A DNA stretch of 18,229 nucleotides from Thermoproteota archaeon. Its GTDB lineage: Archaea > Asgardarchaeota > Jordiarchaeia > Jordiarchaeales > Freyrarchaeaceae. The stretch is from NCBI GenBank assembly GCA_029258835.1, contig JAPDJY010000073.1, positions 1 to 18,229 of the forward strand, given 5' to 3'. The translations under genes and the position numbers were made by a program. The notes under the pieces were generated by a model that was not told the origin of the DNA, did not search any database, and saw only the letters and a program-made list of their open reading frames with translations. Shown piece by piece: positions 16,330 to 18,229 of this stretch (position 1 is the first letter of the stretch; every line of letters starts with the position of its first letter).

Positions 16330-16830
16330 ACATTAAGCCCAGCCGCTTCAACCCAAAACACCATCCAAAAACGCAACTAGGAGCCCGCAGCAAAGCCACC
16401 TCAAAGCCATCGAACCCACCAGACAGCGAAAACAAACACCAACAACCAAAACAGCAAAGTAAAGCGAAGAAAACAGTAAAACCCTCAACCCACCAGCCCA
16501 AACCACCAGCCCCACACAGCCAAACCACCCACTCACACCCTCAAACCCACCACAACCAGAACCCTCAACCCCACCCCCCAACGAGAACCCTCCCAACCCC
16601 CAACAAGCCCTACAACCCCAACCCACACCAACCACAAACCAACCCCCATACCGAAGAACCCCTCCCACCAACCCACCCAACAAAATCCACAGCTAAACCC
16701 AACAGCCCAAACCCAACAAAATCAAAATTAAAACACCAAAAACACCCACCACCCTAAAACACACCAACAACAATAACAAGCAAAGCCAAAACCAGAAAAC
16801 CAGCACCACCACACTGCACAAACTCTGCAA
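16330..16830. repeat. Low-complexity A/C-rich tract
   Basis: About 500 bp strongly depleted of G and T on the plus strand (AACC/CAAC/CCAC runs), with no fixed repeat unit. Confidence 0.8.
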
Positions 16831-17076
16831 CAGAGGGAGGATAAAACCTAAAACCGGGAAAGACGGATTCATAAACCTTAAACAACGAAGATGGTGAAGA
16901 AAAACAGATTAAACCTGAAAATAAGGCTTCTGAACCGGGAAAAAACGTTGCGAGATCAACGATCAAATATATGTTTTTCGGGTTCGACAAAAGACGAAAA
17001 AAGAGGAGAAGGAAACCAGCAGAAAAAGGAGGAAAAAGAAAACCTTAAAAAGGAAAAAAGAAGAAAAAACAACCCA
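16831..17076 (+). promoter_or_regulatory. CRISPR leader with probable BRE/TATA
   Basis: A-rich non-coding sequence abutting repeat 1; GAAAACCTTAAAAAG at about 17038-17052, roughly 30 nt before the first repeat. Confidence 0.7.
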
Positions 17077-18229
17077 GAAAACAAACAAAACCCGATGAAA
17101 AGGGAACGGCAACTTCACGTATCTTCTCTTTACCAGCTCCCACATTTTCACGTATAGAAAACAAACAAAACCCGATGAAAAGGGAACGGCAACCTTGCCT
17201 CCTCGTAAAACTGTCGCACTTTTGCGATCGTGTTTTGAAAACAAACAAAACCCGATGAAAAGGGAACGGCAACACCCCGTGTTCATGTTCTTCTCGCTCT
17301 TCTTTTTCTGAGAGAAAACAAACAAAACCCGATGAAAAGGGAACGGCAACATACAACGTCAACACCCGTGAACGCACCGTTCGCTATCTGAAAACAAACA
17401 AAACCCGATGAAAAGGGAACGGCAACCAAGGTATGCAGTAGCGGCCGACAGGACACCCATCTTTGTATGAAAACAAACAAAACCCGATGAAAAGGGAACG
17501 GCAACTGAATACTCATGTTTGATGGCAACCCTGGCAATTCTGAAAACAAACAAAACCCGATGAAAAGGGAACGGCAACAAGCCTCTCCTCGACCTCATCC
17601 CTGAACCTGTCTATTACGCGAAAACAAACAAAACCCGATGAAAAGGGAACGGCAACTTAGGACGGGAGAAACCTCCTTCCCAAAAACCTCCTTCCTTTCG
17701 AAAACAAACAAAACCCGATGAAAAGGGAACGGCAACTCATATTCTCTGGCAGATTCGGCAACTCCTGCCGAATCTGCTGAAAACAAACAAAACCCGATGA
17801 AAAGGGAACGGCAACTAAATTCCATCCTCTGATGAACTGACCTCTGCCTCAATATTGTGTGAAAACAAACAAAACCCGATGAAAAGGGAACGGCAACCAA
17901 AAAGAGCGTATGTCTGAATGCCAACCCCATAAGTGCCTCTGAAAACAAACAAAACCCGATGAAAAGGGAACGGCAACGCAAGTTTACTGATACCGTGAAC
18001 CTTGCCCTCTGCGATGCAAGAAAACAAACAAAACCCGATGAAAAGGGAACGGCAACTGGAAAAGTAGGTGACCCCTCCACTCATACATTCGTCCTCGGAA
18101 AACAAACAAAACCCGATGAAAAGGGAACGGCAACTTGATGAATTCTCTTTGCTCCTTCTCCTGATACTTCCCGAGGAAAACAAACAAAACCCGATGAAAA
18201 GGGAACGGCAACAGCTTGCTCCGCCTGCT
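17077..18229 (+). CRISPR. CRISPR array: 15 identical 37-bp repeats GAAAACAAACAAAACCCGATGAAAAGGGAACGGCAAC, 14 complete spacers (36-45 bp), truncated by the window end
   Basis: Repeats start at 17077, 17157, 17237, 17314, 17390, 17469, 17542, 17620, 17700, 17779, 17861, 17941, 18020, 18098 and 18176; spacers are unique; orientation inferred from the leader and the 3' ACGGCAAC tag. Confidence 0.99.

Noticed and set aside
16428-16438. GAAAACAAACA matches the first 11 nt of the CRISPR repeat
   Set aside because: It lies in an A/C-rich tract where such a match is expected, and the diagnostic CCCGATGAAAAGGG core is absent.
16319-16757. Pro/His/Gln/Lys-rich ORF 16323-16757 and antisense Gly/Val-rich ORFs
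   Set aside because: A T-poor strand rarely forms stop codons, so the ORFs are compositional artefacts. Only the first few codons may be a relic of a HEPN partner.
17579-17619. Spacer 7 resembles cas2 near 11418-11456 (shared CTCATCCCT core): possible self-targeting
   Set aside because: Only about 23 of 39 positions match by hand alignment, which shared codon bias explains.
16891-18211. ORFs across the leader and array (for example 17595-18080 and 16963-17352)
   Set aside because: Translations of CRISPR repeats and A-rich leader; they contain periodic LPFPFHRVLFVF / VAVPFSSGFVCF units.
1-18229. tRNA, rRNA, transposase, integrase, cas1, cas6 or cas10 genes
   Set aside because: No such signatures were recognised on either strand by eye. 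Small ncRNAs cannot be excluded without a covariance-model search.

Overview
This is archaeal DNA, probably from a thermophile: it has TATA-like promoters, GGTGG/GGAGG ribosome-binding sites and AGG/ATA-rich codons. The lineage cannot be proven from the sequence. The left half (1-9608) holds an ArsB/NhaD/SLC13-type permease, an exported membrane-anchored protein, an iron-sulfur flavoprotein, an LMW phosphatase, a small membrane protein, a heavily frameshifted exported-protein gene, an archaeal AAA ATPase-wHTH-nuclease with a tandem-repeat upstream region, agmatinase and a degenerate MNT-HEPN pair. The right half is a minus-strand CRISPR accessory island with four different CARF-domain genes. 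Operon 1 is an APE2256/Crn1-like CARF-wHTH protein with a putative RelE-like (Cami1-type) tail, then a stand-alone CARF, then a PIN nuclease. Operon 2 is a Csx14-like CARF, then a PaaX-like wHTH/Cas2-fold regulator, then cas2. A degenerate attC-like cassette remnant and an atypical CARF-wHTH gene follow. Beyond the island lie a decayed MNT gene, an A/C-rich tract, a leader and a plus-strand CRISPR array (15 copies of a 37-bp repeat ending ACGGCAAC) that runs off the window. No cas1, cas6, cas10 or Csm/Cmr genes are in the window. The best novelty candidates are the split CARF+PIN module and the PaaX-like regulator next to cas2 with a direct-repeat operator. Abrupt G/T-to-A/C composition flips at synonymous positions are also notable. 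All family calls come from reading motifs by eye; no searches were run.
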